A stretch of DNA of 64,000 bases from Verrucomicrobiaceae bacterium (lineage in GTDB: Bacteria > Verrucomicrobiota > Verrucomicrobiia > Verrucomicrobiales > Akkermansiaceae), in NCBI GenBank assembly GCA_051252135.1, contig JBPOGH010000007.1, positions 1-64,000 on the forward strand, read 5' to 3'. Below, piece by piece: positions 39,854 through 48,847 of the stretch (position 1 is the first letter of the stretch; each line of letters opens with the position of its first letter). Both the position numbers and the translations under genes were made by a program. Under the pieces are notes generated by a model that was given only the letters and a program-made list of their open reading frames with translations, did not search any database and was not told where the DNA came from.

Positions 39854-41234
39854 GATTGAGCAGATGTTGCGACGTCGAGAGTTTATGGGGCGTGGGGCGA
39901 TGGGTTTTGGGTCGCTGGCGCTGAGCAGTCTTCTCCAGCAGGAGACGCGTGGGGTGGTGCGGGCTCCGCATTTTCAGCCGAAGGCGAAGAGTGTGATCTT
40001 CCTCTACATGGATGGCGGGGTGTCGCACGTGGATAGCTTTGATCCGAAGCCCTTGCTGGCGAAGGAGAACGGGCAGAAGCCGAAGTTTAAGGTGGATAAG
40101 ACGGTGTTTAACAACAACGGCAATATCCTCAAGAGTCCGTGGGAGTTTAAGAATCGGGGGGAGAGCGGGTTGCCGATCAGTGAGCTCTTTCCGCACATTG
40201 CGAAGTGTGCGGATGATCTGTGCGTGATTCGGTCGATGACGGCATTTTCGCCGAACCATCCGAACGCAAATTACTCACTGCACAGTGGTCACGTTTTGAC
40301 AGGAAGGCCGAGCATGGGAGCGTGGGCTTCGTATGGATTGGGCAGTGAGAATGAGACGTTGCCGAGTTATGTGGTGATTCACGGTGGGCAGGTGCCGTCG
40401 GGCGGGATGCAGATGACGGGGAATGGTTTTTTGTCGGCGAAGCACCAGCCATCGGTTTTTTTACCGAAGGGGCAGGTGATGCAGAATATTGTGCCGAAAG
40501 AGAGTGATGGGCTGCAGCGGAGGAAGCTGGCGATGTTGCGCGATATCGAGGGGGACCTTTTGAGTGCGCATCAGGATTCGGAGATGATTCGGTCGGCGAT
40601 CGATAACTACGAGATGGCGTTCAAGATGCAGATGTCGGTTCCGGATGTGGCGGATTTGGAGAAGGAGACAGAGGCGACGAAGAAGCTCTATGGTTTGGAT
40701 GGGAAGACGGAGGCGACGCGGACCTATGGGGCGCAGTGTCTGATGGCTCGTCGTTTGGTTGAGCAGGGGGTGCGGTTTGTGGAGTTGACGATTGCGAAGG
40801 CGGGAGGGGATCGCTGGGACCAGCATTCGAATCTGAAGGGAGGGCACTCGAGGAATGCGGCGATGGTGGATCAGCCGATTGCGGGGCTTTTGAAGGATTT
40901 GAAGTCACGTGGGATGCTCGATGATACCCTGGTGGTGTTTGCGGGTGAGTTCGGGCGGACGCCCTTTAGTCAGGGATCGAATGGCCGGGATCATAATCCG
41001 CAAGGGTTCTCGATCTGGATGGCCGGAGGGGGCGTGAAGGGAGGGATGAGCTACGGCGCGACTGACGAGTATGGGTATCGGGTGGTGGAGAATAAGCTTA
41101 CGGTGCATGATCTCCATGCGAACATGCTTCATTTGCTGGGGCTTGATCACGAGAAGGTGACGTATCGTTATGGAGGGCGCGATGTGCGATTGACCGATGT
41201 TCATGGGGAGATCATTCCCGAAATTTTAGCTTAA
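39843..41234 (+). CDS. DUF1501 domain protein
   Basis: RREF Tat-like motif, AKSVIFLYMDGG.SH.DSFDPKP, WDQH, GEFGRTP, GRDHNP. Confidence 0.93.
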   Translation: MSSRIEQMLRRREFMGRGAMGFGSLALSSLLQQETRGVVRAPHFQPKAKSVIFLYMDGGVSHVDSFDPKPLLAKENGQKPKFKVDKTVFNNNGNILKSPWEFKNRGESGLPISELFPHIAKCADDLCVIRSMTAFSPNHPNANYSLHSGHVLTGRPSMGAWASYGLGSENETLPSYVVIHGGQVPSGGMQMTGNGFLSAKHQPSVFLPKGQVMQNIVPKESDGLQRRKLAMLRDIEGDLLSAHQDSEMIRSAIDNYEMAFKMQMSVPDVADLEKETEATKKLYGLDGKTEATRTYGAQCLMARRLVEQGVRFVELTIAKAGGDRWDQHSNLKGGHSRNAAMVDQPIAGLLKDLKSRGMLDDTLVVFAGEFGRTPFSQGSNGRDHNPQGFSIWMAGGGVKGGMSYGATDEYGYRVVENKLTVHDLHANMLHLLGLDHEKVTYRYGGRDVRLTDVHGEIIPEILA

Positions 41235-41235
41235 G

Positions 41236-42156
41236 ATGAAAACGATTCTAACACTGTCCTTGATGGGAGCCTTGGCGGCTCATGCGGCTCCTTTTGGTGA
41301 ACAAATTAGCGAGACGGGGATTCGGCATTCGTTTTTGCTGACGGGGACGCGGACGATTATTGTGGATGAGGATTCGGAAGTGATCTGGGAAGTGAAGGCG
41401 AAGTCTCGTGATGGCTGGGTGTTGCCAAACGGGAATGTGCTGGTGGCATTTCGGGATGCGGTGAAGGAATTTGATCGGGAGAAGAAAGTCGTTTTTCAGT
41501 ATCAGCTGTCTAAAGAGAATAAGGAGATCGGGACGGTGCAGCGCCTGGAGAACGGGAATACCTTGGTTACGGAGCTTGGGAAGAAGCCGCGCCTTTTGGA
41601 GGTGGGTCAGGATGGAGGGATCGCGGTGGAGGTGCCGCTGAAGCCGGAGACGGACAATGCGCACATGCAGACGCGGATGGCGCGGAAGATGGCGAATGGA
41701 AATTATCTCGTGCCGCATTTGCACGCCTTCGCAGTGAAGGAATATTCGCCAAAGGGCGAGGTGGTGCGGACGATTAAGACGGACCTTGCGGAGCTGGGAG
41801 GGCGGGAAAAGCGGAACTGGCCTTTCACGGCGATTCTAAAAGAGGACGGGAACGTGCTCGTGAATCTGACGAACGGAAATAAGACGGTGGTCTTCGATCA
41901 GGACGGCAAGGTTGTTTGGAAGGCGACGAATGAAGATGTCGCGGGTCGCTTTGCCGATCCTTGCGGGGGGCACCTGCTGGATAACGGGAACTTTGTGGTT
42001 TGTGCCTATGGGCAGAAGAAGAACGAGATGGCTGATCTGTTTGAGATCGATGCGGAGAAAAAGGTGGTCTGGGAATTCAAGGCGCCGGGTTTTCGCGGGG
42101 CGCATGAGGTTCACATTTTGACCACGAATGGGGAGAAGGTGGTGGGGAAGAGGTAG
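41236..42156 (+). CDS. Secreted beta-propeller protein
   Basis: Signal peptide; repeated L.NGN.LV and VVW/VVF blade motifs. Confidence 0.75.
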   Translation: MKTILTLSLMGALAAHAAPFGEQISETGIRHSFLLTGTRTIIVDEDSEVIWEVKAKSRDGWVLPNGNVLVAFRDAVKEFDREKKVVFQYQLSKENKEIGTVQRLENGNTLVTELGKKPRLLEVGQDGGIAVEVPLKPETDNAHMQTRMARKMANGNYLVPHLHAFAVKEYSPKGEVVRTIKTDLAELGGREKRNWPFTAILKEDGNVLVNLTNGNKTVVFDQDGKVVWKATNEDVAGRFADPCGGHLLDNGNFVVCAYGQKKNEMADLFEIDAEKKVVWEFKAPGFRGAHEVHILTTNGEKVVGKR

Positions 42157-42224
42157 GCGATTCGCCTTTTGATCTTAACAAAAGATTAGTGATTTTTCCC
42201 GGCAGCGGTTTTCTTTGGTTCTCT

Positions 42225-42719
42225 TCATGGGGGTGGAGGTGGCGGTTCTGGCCAGTCAACCCTCAGCAGTCCTTTTGGAGCGTGATAGTCCGAGAGTAAC
42301 TCCATGTTGGAAGTATCAAAGGTTCCGGGAATGTAGCTGATACCCAATGAGTCGCTATCGTTTCCAACTCCTGCGCTGACTGCGATGTAACCAGACTCAT
42401 TTTGAAGAACGGTGATGACGTCTCCCCAGTTATTGGGATCAGTAGATTTGTAGGTTTGAGTTTTTGGGCTTTTGTCGCTCAAGATTTCTGCCGCTCGATT
42501 GTAGTAGCGCTTGATGAAGTCGCTGGATACCCCGTCGTTGAATGTATTGATCGAGCTCGATGATTTGGTCGTGATTCGGGTGGATTCATCTACCGAGCGG
42601 AGCCTCAAGAGCGCGAATTCAGCTTCAATGTTGGGCATGAATAGCCACAGAAGAAACGGGCTGATAATGAGGACACATGTACCAAGAATGATGAGGCCAA
42701 CACGAATGACTTTTTTCAT
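42225..42719 (-). CDS. Hypothetical protein with N-terminal TM and poly-Pro end
   Basis: MKKVIRVGLIILG TM; lower GC and weaker skew than neighbours. Confidence 0.6.
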   Translation of the reverse strand: MKKVIRVGLIILGTCVLIISPFLLWLFMPNIEAEFALLRLRSVDESTRITTKSSSSINTFNDGVSSDFIKRYYNRAAEILSDKSPKTQTYKSTDPNNWGDVITVLQNESGYIAVSAGVGNDSDSLGISYIPGTFDTSNMELLSDYHAPKGLLRVDWPEPPPPPP

Positions 42720-42798
42720 CTTCAACGATTGGGTCGCACTTTCAGCGCTCGTGGCTTCATGGGGAGGACGTAGGTTCCCTGAGAAGTTTTTGATTCTC

Positions 42799-42840
42799 AA
42801 AAAAGGGGATGTTCGGGGCAGGATGCCCCGGCTCCTTTTC
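42799..42840 (-). terminator. Probable terminator after purB
   Basis: CGGGGCA-GGA-TGCCCCG hairpin with T-run downstream on the minus strand. Confidence 0.55.
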
Positions 42841-44259
42841 CTAGAGAATCGAGCCGGGAGAGTAGCTCGCTGCTTCAGGGTGGGCTTTTTTGGCGGAGGC
42901 GACGAGGCCGAGGAAGTGGGTGATCTGGCTCGGGGCGGCGCCGGAGTTGTTCTGGCTGGTCTCGAGGATGTTGGCGAGGGTAGGCTCGTCGAGGGGGAAG
43001 CGGTCGTCGTTTCCGAGGCGGGAGACGAGGTTGTTCTCCTTCACTTCGCCAGTTCGGAGGTCGGCGACGGTGGCTACGGCGTGCTCCTTGATGATCTCGT
43101 GGGCGGTCTCGCGGCCGACTCCGGCTTTGACCGCTTCCATCATGAAGGTGGTGGTCATGAGGAAGGGGAAGTAGTGGTTGTTCTCGGCGGCGATGACGGC
43201 TTCATAGGCATCCATTTGAGAAAGGATGGTGAGGAAGGTCTCGAAGAGGCCGTCGATGGCGAAGAAGGAGTCGGGAAGCATCACGCGTCGGACGACCGAG
43301 CAGGAGACGTCGCCTTCATTCCATTGGTCGCCGGAGAGTCCGCCAGCCATGGTGAGGTAGCCCTTGAGGATGGTGTGGAAGCCGTTGACGCGCTCGCAGG
43401 AGCGGGAGTTCATCTTGTGTGGCATCGCGCTGGAGCCGGTCTGGCCGGGTGCGAAGCCTTCGGAGGCGGTTTCGTGGCCAGCCATGAGGCGGAGAGTTTT
43501 GCAGAGCGAGCTGGGCGAAGAGCCGAGATCGGTGAGGGCGCTGACGGTGGCAAGGTCGAGGCTGCGCGGGTAGACCTGACCGACGTTGATGTAGAGATCG
43601 GGGATGCCGAGGTGGGCGACGATGCGGCGTTCGAGGTCGGCAACCTTGGAGGCGTCGCCATCGAAGAGGGAGATGGTGTCCATCTGGGTTCCGACGGCTC
43701 CTTTGAGTCCGCGGACCTTGTAGTGGGAGATGAGGTTTTCGAGAGAGGAGTAAGCGCCGTGGAGTTCTTCGCCGAACATCGCGATGCGCTTGCCGAAGGT
43801 GGTGGGCTGGGCGGCGACGTTGTGGGTGCGGGCGGTGATGATGAGGTCCTTCCATTGGTCGGCGCGCTCGCCAAGGCGGGCAAGGGTGGTGACGGCTTTG
43901 TCACGGATGATGAGGAGGGAGCGGAAGACCTGGAGCTGCTCGACGTTCTCGGTGAGATCGCGTGAGGTCATGCCTTTGTGGATGTGCTCGTGGCCGGCGA
44001 GGTCGTTAAACTCCTCGATGCGGGCTTTGACATCGTGGCGGGTGATGCGCTCGCGCTCGGCGATGGCGGGGAGATTGACCTGATCGATGACCTTTTCGTA
44101 AGCGGCGATGGCATCGGCAGGGATGTCGAGGCCGAGGTCGTGCTGGGCCTTCATGACGGCGATCCAGAACTCGCGTTCGAGGATGATGCGTCCTTCGGCG
44201 GACCAGATGTTGGCGATGGCGGGAGAGGCGTAGCGTTCGGCGAGGACGTTTTGGATCAC
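42841..44259 (-). CDS. purB: Adenylosuccinate lyase
   Basis: LAERYAS, TRHDV, IHKGMTS, GSSAMPHKMN signature. Confidence 0.96.
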   Translation of the reverse strand: MIQNVLAERYASPAIANIWSAEGRIILEREFWIAVMKAQHDLGLDIPADAIAAYEKVIDQVNLPAIAERERITRHDVKARIEEFNDLAGHEHIHKGMTSRDLTENVEQLQVFRSLLIIRDKAVTTLARLGERADQWKDLIITARTHNVAAQPTTFGKRIAMFGEELHGAYSSLENLISHYKVRGLKGAVGTQMDTISLFDGDASKVADLERRIVAHLGIPDLYINVGQVYPRSLDLATVSALTDLGSSPSSLCKTLRLMAGHETASEGFAPGQTGSSAMPHKMNSRSCERVNGFHTILKGYLTMAGGLSGDQWNEGDVSCSVVRRVMLPDSFFAIDGLFETFLTILSQMDAYEAVIAAENNHYFPFLMTTTFMMEAVKAGVGRETAHEIIKEHAVATVADLRTGEVKENNLVSRLGNDDRFPLDEPTLANILETSQNNSGAAPSQITHFLGLVASAKKAHPEAASYSPGSIL

Positions 44260-44512
44260 GGAGGAAGGGAAATGTTAAATGCTGAAAAATGGAACTCTAA
44301 ACGCGATGAATTGAGAAGGATCATTGAGAACGCGGAGGAAGTAGAGGCTTGAGTGGGGAGGTTTTTTTAACCGCAGATGGACAGGATAGAGGGGATGGCT
44401 TGGATGGGGGGCTTGGGATGAGGGGGTTTTTCGGGGCTTGGTTGGGGAGGTGGAGCCGCAGATTGCGCAGATGGACGCAGATTTTTTTGAAGATGGAAAG
44501 AGGGGGAGCCTT

Positions 44513-44537
44513 GCGACGGTCATAGACCGCCGCTACA
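44513..44537 (-). repeat. GTAG-type REP-like palindrome
   Basis: Minus strand TGTAG-CGGCGGTC-TAT-GACCGTCG-C. Confidence 0.5.
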
Positions 44538-44545
44538 GTGCGGAT

Positions 44546-44983
44546 ATGGTTGATGTGAAGGAGTTGAAGGCGGTTTTGGGGGAGAATTTGGGGAAGCGGG
44601 TGCAGTTGGTGTTGCCGGGGGGAGAGGCGGTTCCGCAGCATTTTCATGTGACGGAGATTGGGGGGGTGCGGAAGGATTTTATTGATTGCGGGGGAACGCA
44701 GCGGGTGAGTTCGTGTTGCCTGATCCAGTGCTGGGTGGCGACGGACGTGGAGCACCGGATTGTGGCGGAGAAGTTTTTGGGGATTTTAAATTTGGGGAAG
44801 AAGGTGCTGGCGGGGGATTTTTTGCCGGTGGAGGTGGAGTATGAGGAGGGCGTGATTTCGCAGTATCCTCTGAAGGAGATTGAGGTGACCTATGAGGCGG
44901 TGGTGCTGCGATTGATGACGAAGCACACCGATTGTCTCGCGAAAGAGAAGTGCGGGATTCCGGAGGCGGAAGAGGACTGTTGA
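44546..44983 (+). CDS. DUF6428-like Cys-rich protein (possible UGA readthrough to 45007)
   Basis: VPQHFHVTEIG..FIDCGG..QCW...EVEY...KHTDCLAKEKCG. Confidence 0.82.
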   Translation: MVDVKELKAVLGENLGKRVQLVLPGGEAVPQHFHVTEIGGVRKDFIDCGGTQRVSSCCLIQCWVATDVEHRIVAEKFLGILNLGKKVLAGDFLPVEVEYEEGVISQYPLKEIEVTYEAVVLRLMTKHTDCLAKEKCGIPEAEEDC

Positions 44984-44989
44984 GGGCCC

Positions 44990-45871
44990 TTAGGTGGAGG
45001 TTGCTAGGATAGCAGCCAGAGATGAGATCAGCTTTTCGCGCAGCGGGAGGGCTTTGAGGTAGAGGGCGTGCTGGACGCGTTCGTATTCGCGTCGGCCCTC
45101 CGGGGTCTCGACCTTGATGGGGGGGTAGCCCCAGTCGGAGAGATCGTAGGGAGCGGCGCGCATGTCGATCTCGCGCGCTTCGATGGCGAAGAAGAGGGTT
45201 TCGCGGAGGAGATCGCAGGAAATCCAGGGGGAGCTTTTGTAGGCCCACTTGTAGAGGTCCATGTTGGCGTGGATGCAGCCGGGTTGTTCGTGTTCCTCGC
45301 GGGTGAGGAGAGTGGGTGAAAGTTTGTTGAAGGCGACGGCGTCGGGCGCGAAGAAGCGGAAGGCATCGAAATGGGAGCAGGTGACGGGGCGGGAGGCGAC
45401 GAGGGCGTCGATTTCTTCCTGCGGGAGTCGGAGGGGTGCGGAGCCGCGGTGGCGAATGTCGGCTCCGGTGTAAACCATGGCCCACTCGTGAAGGCCGTGG
45501 CAGGCGAGGAGAGGAGGGCGGGATTGGGTGAGTTGGAGAAGATTGTGGATCCAGAGGAGTCGCTCGCGGCCTTTTGCGGTGAGGAGGGAGGGATCGATGG
45601 TGACGGTATTGTTCTCCCGCCGGTAGTATTTCGGGGAGAAATCGTGGGTGGGGTCGGCGTCGAGGGTGATTCCGAATCCGGGGTGCCATTTTTCGAGGCG
45701 GCCGAGGGAGTAGGAATAGTAGGTGTGGAGGAAGTCGAGGACGGGGTGTTTTTCGTGGCGCGACTTACGGACCCTCATGGGGAGGGTGATTTGTTCGACT
45801 TGTTTTCGATGCTCAAGGGCGTGCGCCTGCCAAGTGGAAGCGCTGAGAACATTGGAGGGATCGGTTTGCAT
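44990..45871 (-). CDS. Conserved protein usually annotated 3-methyladenine DNA glycosylase (function doubtful)
   Basis: KHPVLDFL.TYY, WHPG, CHGLHEWAMVY, CSHFDAFRFF, EQPGCIHANMDLYKW, DMRAAPYDL. Confidence 0.75.
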   Translation of the reverse strand: MQTDPSNVLSASTWQAHALEHRKQVEQITLPMRVRKSRHEKHPVLDFLHTYYSYSLGRLEKWHPGFGITLDADPTHDFSPKYYRRENNTVTIDPSLLTAKGRERLLWIHNLLQLTQSRPPLLACHGLHEWAMVYTGADIRHRGSAPLRLPQEEIDALVASRPVTCSHFDAFRFFAPDAVAFNKLSPTLLTREEHEQPGCIHANMDLYKWAYKSSPWISCDLLRETLFFAIEAREIDMRAAPYDLSDWGYPPIKVETPEGRREYERVQHALYLKALPLREKLISSLAAILATST

Positions 45872-46014
45872 GGGCTCCAACGAATCAGAGTGAGCAGCGG
45901 GATTCACTCGTCATCATTGGAAAGAGTGACAACTCTTGCAAGGCTTGGTGGTCCGGAAACCGAGGGGGTCGAACAGCTGAGGCGAAGAAAACACTCTGAC
46001 CAGGCACCCGGCTA

Positions 46015-46650
46015 TCAGCGTCTGCGACGGATAAGGCTGAAACCACCAAGGGCACAGAGAAGCGCGCTAGTCGGCTCGGGGACGGACGCGGAACCCGTCG
46101 TGAACGAGATGCTCTCCGTGGTGCCCGATGGAGTCGTCCAAGAAGTCGATGATGTGCGTTCGGGAATAAACCCCAGGGCTGTGAGGGTTGTATTTGGCGC
46201 CGTAGCGGTATAAGTGAGGCCGGTAGGAAATTGGTTTTTGTTCAATTCATCTGCCACGATCACGGTTCCGCTTTCGCCGATGATGACGAGAGGGATTGCG
46301 CTAAGTTCCGGAATAAAGTGGAAGCTGGAACCCAGACTAAGGATCGATGATGACGCACCACTGTAGGCAAAGGGGGCGTAACCGGACGAGCCGAACGAGG
46401 GTGATTGACCGGGACTCAGAATTGTATGGGTATCGGGGGCTGCCAAGAACGGGAGAAGGCTATTCGAGGCTCTGGATGAGCTGTAGGTTGAGGCGAGGTG
46501 GAGCCCCCTGAGGTCAACATTTCCATTCAATACCACAGAGACATTGAGCCCATCATTAAAGATATCTACCGTGATCTGAGATTGAGCCGGGAGTGAGAGT
46601 GCGCCGAAAATCAGGGCGACAGATGTGGGAGTAAGGTGTTTTGTGAACAT
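46015..46650 (-). CDS. PEP-CTERM sorting domain protein
   Basis: Signal peptide; C-terminal VPEPTSALLCALGGFSLIRRRR. Confidence 0.9.
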   Translation of the reverse strand: MFTKHLTPTSVALIFGALSLPAQSQITVDIFNDGLNVSVVLNGNVDLRGLHLASTYSSSRASNSLLPFLAAPDTHTILSPGQSPSFGSSGYAPFAYSGASSSILSLGSSFHFIPELSAIPLVIIGESGTVIVADELNKNQFPTGLTYTATAPNTTLTALGFIPERTSSTSWTTPSGTTESISFTTGSASVPEPTSALLCALGGFSLIRRRR

Positions 46651-47079
46651 TGTGTAAGGGTGTTTGCCACATGACCACGTTGATGTGGTGAGATTGTGTC
46701 ACCTCAGTGTTTGAGCGAGAACCTGCGACTGTCGAATTTTCATTTTGATTTTGGAGGGGATGGGTCGGTCCTTGTTTTGCTTATTTATTTAATCTGTTGG
46801 TGAGTAGCTCATTAGGGGTTGTTGCTTCTGTTCCCGATCAAAAAAAAGATGGGGTTGGAGGGATGGTTAGCTTTCAGATATGTCTGATGATTGGGGCAAC
46901 TTTTTCAAAGGGAGTGGCTCATTTTGATGCTAACAGCACACTGGGATTCCTGGCGCTTGGGGTCCTCGACGAAAATAAGAAAGCGTCGCTGAAGGAATCC
47001 GAGACTCTACTCGCATGAGAGAGAAATGCTTTTCCCGAAGCGGGTCCGGCAATGAGGGAGTGGGGGGCCTGAAAATGGC

Positions 47080-47109
47080 GAAGGCCGGATTCTTGCGAAT
47101 CCGGCCTTC
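47080..47109 (-). terminator. Hairpin terminator downstream of tRNA
   Basis: Perfect 13-bp stem GAAGGCCGGATTC / GAATCCGGCCTTC with GCAA loop on the minus strand. Confidence 0.75.
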
Positions 47110-47111
47110 AT

Positions 47112-47188
<77 letters not shown>

Positions 47189-47345
47189 ATCTATTTGGTG
47201 TCCTCTCGGACGGGCGGAAGCTAGGATTGGATTGGAAGGATCGCAAGTAAAAACTGAGAGAAATCCCAAGGAAGGGGAATGGTGATTAAAAGGGTTTGAT
47301 TGCAAAGGAAGGTGGAGTTGTTCAGGGTGACGGTCGCAGGACGTG

Positions 47346-48014
47346 ATGGAGGATATTCCAGAGGACCAGATCATCAAAAAACTCTACCGGGCGGGAAGCT
47401 TTGCGAAGAGTCCGATCGTATGCCCATCGTGCTTTTTAAAGATCGATGAGGTGGTGGAGCGGTGTCCGCGGTGTGATTTTTCGGGGGACGTGGCGGTGCA
47501 GCGGTATCCGTTTGCGGCGCCGCGGATGGAGCGTTTTATTGATTCGGCGGGGAAATTTGATGAGCGGGCGAGGAAGGCGATTGCGAGGAAGCTGGATGGG
47601 TTGGCGAAGCAGTTTCCGCAGGTGAGGATGTGTTTTTGCGCGCTGGAGCTTCCGGAGCATGTGGATTTGAGGGAATTTGGATTTTGGATGTTCAATGCGA
47701 GTCCGGTGGAGGATCCTGCGGAGGCGGAGCGTCGGCCGTGGACGATTCTGCTACTGATCGACCATGTGATTGGGCGGGCGACGGTGGTGAGCGGGTATGC
47801 GATTGAGCCCTTTGTGCGGGATGACCGTTGGGAGACCTTGTTGCGACTGGAGAGGGAGTATTTTTTCAAACAGGATTATGCGGAGGCGGGATGTCGGTTT
47901 GTGGATGGGGCGGAGAAGATTTTGCGCGAGGGGGCGAATCGGGCGGAGATGAAGATGGGGAGTCAGATGAAATCGGTTCGGAAACGGGGAAAAAGTAGAA
48001 AGTGGCGGAAATGA
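47346..48014 (+). CDS. Zinc-ribbon plus TPM-like domain protein
   Basis: CPSC..CPRC, FID.AG.F, ILLLID, GYAIEPF. Confidence 0.7.
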   Translation: MEDIPEDQIIKKLYRAGSFAKSPIVCPSCFLKIDEVVERCPRCDFSGDVAVQRYPFAAPRMERFIDSAGKFDERARKAIARKLDGLAKQFPQVRMCFCALELPEHVDLREFGFWMFNASPVEDPAEAERRPWTILLLIDHVIGRATVVSGYAIEPFVRDDRWETLLRLEREYFFKQDYAEAGCRFVDGAEKILREGANRAEMKMGSQMKSVRKRGKSRKWRK

Positions 48015-48796
48015 AAGTGTTCTTTTTGATGTTGGTCTTGGCAGGAATGGGGTGTGCCCAGGATTCTTTTTTGGAGACGGGGGTGCCGGATGTGCTGGAT
48101 GGGCACGTTTATGATCCGGGCCGATGGTTGATTGAAGATCGGCGTCAGGAGATTGAGCGAACCTTGCAGGAAGCCGAGGATCGCTGGGAGGTGAAGCTGT
48201 ATGCGGTGGTGCTGGAGCAAGAGCCGGTGGTGGGTGCGGAGTCCTTTGCGCTGAAGTTGGGGCGTCGCTGGGGTGGAAGTGGCGTTTGGGGGGTGGTGAT
48301 TCACGTGCCGGGAGCGGAGAATTCGCCCTGGTGTGTGGCGGAGCGAGGAGAACTGGCTGATTGGGGAGATAAGAGTGTGTTTGATGAAGCGGTGCAGCGG
48401 GCGGTGCAGCGGGCGAGGCGGGAAACGGAGGAGCGCTTGCGTTTGCAGGTGGCTTGTCGGGAGTTGACGGATGAATTGGGCTTTCTGGGAGTGACGATTC
48501 AGCGGCGATCGGAGGCTTTGAGTAAGTTCCGGAGTGACGGGTTAACCAAGGCTCAGAATCACTGGAAATTACGCAAGTTTTTCAGGCCGGCCCTGATGGT
48601 GGGAGGGCCCTTGCTGCTTCTACTGGGGTTTCTGTTTGTGCTGGCGATGAAGAGGCGGTGGAGCAGAAGGAAGACGGAGTTTATTTTTCCGGAAACGGAG
48701 TATCGGTATCGGTTTCAGGGGCCCTGGAGTGGAGGGGGGAATGTGATGCTGCGCTTTACGAGCAAGGTGGGGGAAGACGGATCGCGGAGGGGATAG
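48011..48796 (+). CDS. TPM-like domain membrane protein
   Basis: Signal-like N-terminus, HVYDPGRWL, C-terminal TM, GPWSGG; ATGA coupling to upstream gene. Confidence 0.65.
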   Translation: MKVFFLMLVLAGMGCAQDSFLETGVPDVLDGHVYDPGRWLIEDRRQEIERTLQEAEDRWEVKLYAVVLEQEPVVGAESFALKLGRRWGGSGVWGVVIHVPGAENSPWCVAERGELADWGDKSVFDEAVQRAVQRARRETEERLRLQVACRELTDELGFLGVTIQRRSEALSKFRSDGLTKAQNHWKLRKFFRPALMVGGPLLLLLGFLFVLAMKRRWSRRKTEFIFPETEYRYRFQGPWSGGGNVMLRFTSKVGEDGSRRG

Positions 48797-48847
48797 CGGG
48801 ATTTTTTGCTCTTTCGTGAAGGGGGGAGGCGTGTCATTATTCTTTTC

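Noticed and set aside
46797..47018. 73-aa ORF, and a weak nested inverted repeat (GGATTCC...GGAATCC) as a possible ncRNA
   Set aside because: No recognisable protein motif or RNA family; pairing is short enough to be chance.
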